The notes under the pieces were generated by a model. It worked only from the letters and a program-made list of their open reading frames with translations. It ran no database searches and was not told where the DNA came from. Made by a program: the position numbers and the translations under genes. A DNA stretch of 64,000 bases from Zancudomyces culisetae HAW-14-8 (lineage: Eukaryota; Fungi; Kickxellomycota). Of this stretch, positions 60,989-64,000 are shown piece by piece. The stretch covers positions 558,001 through 622,000 of the forward strand of contig JBNJNM010000014.1 of assembly GCA_052426225.1 (NCBI GenBank), in the 5' to 3' direction. Position 1 is the stretch's first letter; each line of letters opens with the position of its first letter.

Positions 60989-63613
60989 TGGTGGTGGTGG
61001 TGGTCATGGCCTACATTTTTGGCGGGGCCAAAATATTCGCCTATACTTTTGCCTACACTAGTGCCTACACTTTTGATGGCGGTGACGGTGGCAGTAAGGT
61101 CTGCATACTTTACGACGACGACATTGAGATCTACAAATCCTGCATTATTGTTTGAAAGGTAGACGTTTTTTGGGTCTAGTTCACCTTTTTTTTACATACC
61201 TTGTATTTGGCTAAGTTGGCCGTGTGGAGGTTAGTTTAACCTTTCATTTTTATATTATTTTAATTATTATTTTTAGTACATTACCATTATGTGAAAAAAG
61301 TTTTTTAAAGATTTTAATTTGGCTAGCATCACTATCTTGGGATTGAGCGGAAACTGAAAAGAGTGCAATAAGGCACAACAATTTGATTATAACCATCCTG
61401 TACTATTGTCTGGCTCTTTATTCCGTGTTAATTTTGTTTGTATAACCGAGCTCCTACATCTGCGTGACTAGCTAACTAGAAAAAACACAACGAATTGCTG
61501 TTAGATCTTGGCTGCCAGTACCTCTAAGTTTTTTAATTTGTATTCCTGTGCCTGAAGTTTTATTATGACATATAACACTACTATATTTTATTACTGCTTC
61601 TTGCTTGTTAGCTATCTGTGAGTGCAACAAAATGATACTAAACTAAATCACGGTATTTTTGACATTTTTATATTTTTGTTAGATGGAATTTTAAATACAT
61701 ATTTTCTACAATATACAGCTCGCTTGTGGGTAGTTGAGTTTAGTTGACCTTCTCTCTGATATTTACTTTTAACATGAGTATTCCAGTTTTATTTTACTAT
61801 TAAATAATTATTAAACTATGTACACTTTCTTCTATTTAACATTCTAGATCTTTTATAAACGTCATTTATGTTTATTAAAAGTTACAATCAAATATACTTA
61901 TTAAGAACTAGATCAAAAAAAAGTTAATTTATCGCACTGACAGGGATTTTATTTTAGTTCTAGCTAAAGTCATTAATTTATTAAAATTGAGGCCGATCAA
62001 CTTAGCAAACCTGAACTTGATAATTTACTAGAGCCTAAAGAATATAATTGAATGTTAACTTTTATATAGAAATAATGTGAGGTAGTAATCATCTAGATCA
62101 ATCACAATATTTACGATACTACAGCTATTGGTTTGGTGGTTATTTATTGAAATGTATGATCTCACACTCTCGCACTATTTGTTCATAAAAAGGTCACCTT
62201 TAATTTTTTTTGATAGAAATGTATAGTAAAAGCGTATAGGTGTTGAGATTTTAGAGTTTCGGAGATCATGAAGTTGGACTGAAAAGATTTGTAAATATAA
62301 CATGTCCGAGACTTGCCCTAAAAATTCTCACATTTTTTATGGCTTCATGAACGGAAGTTGACATATTTTTCCATATTTTTAAACAAGATTCTCGCTATCT
62401 TTATTGGGTAATATTCTTTTTGTTTTATTTAATGCTTTACAAGTTTAGGACAACTATAATTTGATATTTTGTTTAGCTTTTTAAATTCATAATAATATAC
62501 TTTGATAAGTTGATAATAGTCCAGATTGTGCTAATAACTTTTTAACAAGTCAAGAATAACATTGATAAATAGTTGAAAATATATTTTTATTCTCATACAC
62601 TCAAGCTACAAAGTTGATGTAATAAGCCTTTAGCGTTTTTCAAAACTTTCAAGCATACAACACTTTTTCTATACATTTTTTTATAAACAGGTATTTATTT
62701 TTATCCTTGTAAGATTTTGAATTAAAGCTAATATATTACATCCATAATTTAAAACCATATTTTAGAATAACAACACTTTAAACATTACCAATTATACAAA
62801 AAAACTGTATCATTTATGAATGTAGCGAAGGATGTGACTATTTTTAAAATCAATAAAAAGAGAATAAAGTAAGTGACTCTACATTTGGTAAACAAAAAAC
62901 ACTTTATAAATAGATAATTAAAATATGCCAAATAAAATGGTAGTTTAAAAAGTCATGAATAGATGCCATCAGAATATGTATCATTCTTATCATTGTAAAA
63001 CTAAGTATCGCAGAAATATGATACTATAATTGTTTCTGATTATTTACGCAGTGATAATTGTTTAAACTTCATCCAACTAAACATATTAAACTTGATATAT
63101 TAAATAGCATAACACAAAATTGCACGGAATAAATCACATGTTAGGTGAAAGAGATACATGTATTCTCGCACGGTTAGACGGTGCTTTTAATTCTCAAATT
63201 ATTCATATTACGGGTATTTACTTATATGACATAATTATGTGTCACATCTTTACCTCTTTAATTAGCACTGAAAACTATATTATAAGTTTAAGATAAATGC
63301 TGAACATATTTATAAATCTATATTAAAACATTCAGTGTGATAATATATGTCAGACGGAATCCTTACACCTTTTATAAATATACATTGTTTCAAAATGTAA
63401 AATCTACAGGCTGTTAAATAATGCCTGGTCATGCCCGATTTGAAATTTATTCATAGTAAAACCACTTTTCAACTCTGCTCCAAACATTATCATTTATTGT
63501 TGACGAACTTCACTACAATTTTTATTTGATGGATTTTGGCTCTAATATTTAAAAGATTTTCTATCTCTAAATCAAATATCCATACGTTAAAAATAGTCGA
63601 ATATTGACTCTAA

Positions 63614-64000
63614 CTATGCTAGGAACCAAATCATAGAGTTTGCAGGTCCTCCAACATTGTCAGCTTCCACATCATATGGGTAAAGCCAGGCTTTTCTACT
63701 TATAGTTGTACACTTTCCACTACAGTCATTACTGTGGCATAGTGCAGCCCATCCGCGCCCTGGTTGTCCATCGTCAAATCGAAGTGATAGGGCACTTGGT
63801 AATGAGACACATCTGTTTGGTCTTATATTTAGGGTTTCACCTGGACTTTGGAGATTTTTCTCTTTGAACACTTCGATCTTCATTCTAGCGCTGCGATTTC
63901 GACAAGAACAAAGTCTGTTTGGTCCAATTGGGTATCTATTGTGTTGGCGTAAAGACAAGTCACCCATGCTGTTTGCAAAGGTTAGTCCCAAAGCTGCAGT
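63614..64000 (-). CDS. Small secreted beta/gamma-crystallin-like protein (paralog 4), start beyond window edge
   Basis: PNRLCSC; DDGQPGRG; CHSNDCSGKC; LYP; SMIW; closest to 59123-59533. Confidence 0.85.
   Translation of the reverse strand, partial: TAALGLTFANSMGDLSLRQHNRYPIGPNRLCSCRNRSARMKIEVFKEKNLQSPGETLNIRPNRCVSLPSALSLRFDDGQPGRGWAALCHSNDCSGKCTTISRKAWLYPYDVEADNVGGPANSMIWFLA

Noticed and set aside
1-64000. tRNA/rRNA genes
   Set aside because: The GTTCGA hits inspected (e.g. ~3955, ~5137, ~17099) lack cloverleaf context; no rRNA-like sequence seen

Overview
AT-rich eukaryotic DNA from an early-diverging fungus, with short GT-AG introns and TATAAAAG promoters. Gene content suggests Zoopagomycota, possibly an insect-gut Harpellales species (inference). 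The left ~29 kb is gene-dense: CSN6, a METTL7-like methyltransferase, an IucA/IucC NRPS-independent siderophore synthetase preceded by two ATCAGATAA boxes, a Gly-rich secreted protein, RED/IK, MED17, SEM1/DSS1, a ~3650-aa adenylate cyclase and a DUF952 gene. The right ~35 kb is gene-sparse and accessory. It holds an intact DIRS tyrosine-recombinase retrotransposon (32194-36734; ITRs, ICR, and a recombinase frame open across both gag and pol) and two decayed DIRS ends. It also has four beta/gamma-crystallin-like small secreted paralogs, Gly/His- and Tyr/Gly-rich secreted proteins, a divergent P450 and several damaged housekeeping genes. The most unusual object is non-coding and absent from the ORF track: a ~1.1-kb imperfect AT-rich fold-back (59865-60988) whose arms differ mainly by A/T swaps. 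A ~230-bp fragment of a related DIRS gag/pol junction sits exactly at its apex between ACTGCT direct repeats. It is a candidate transposon-fragment capture/silencing cassette or a new hairpin element.
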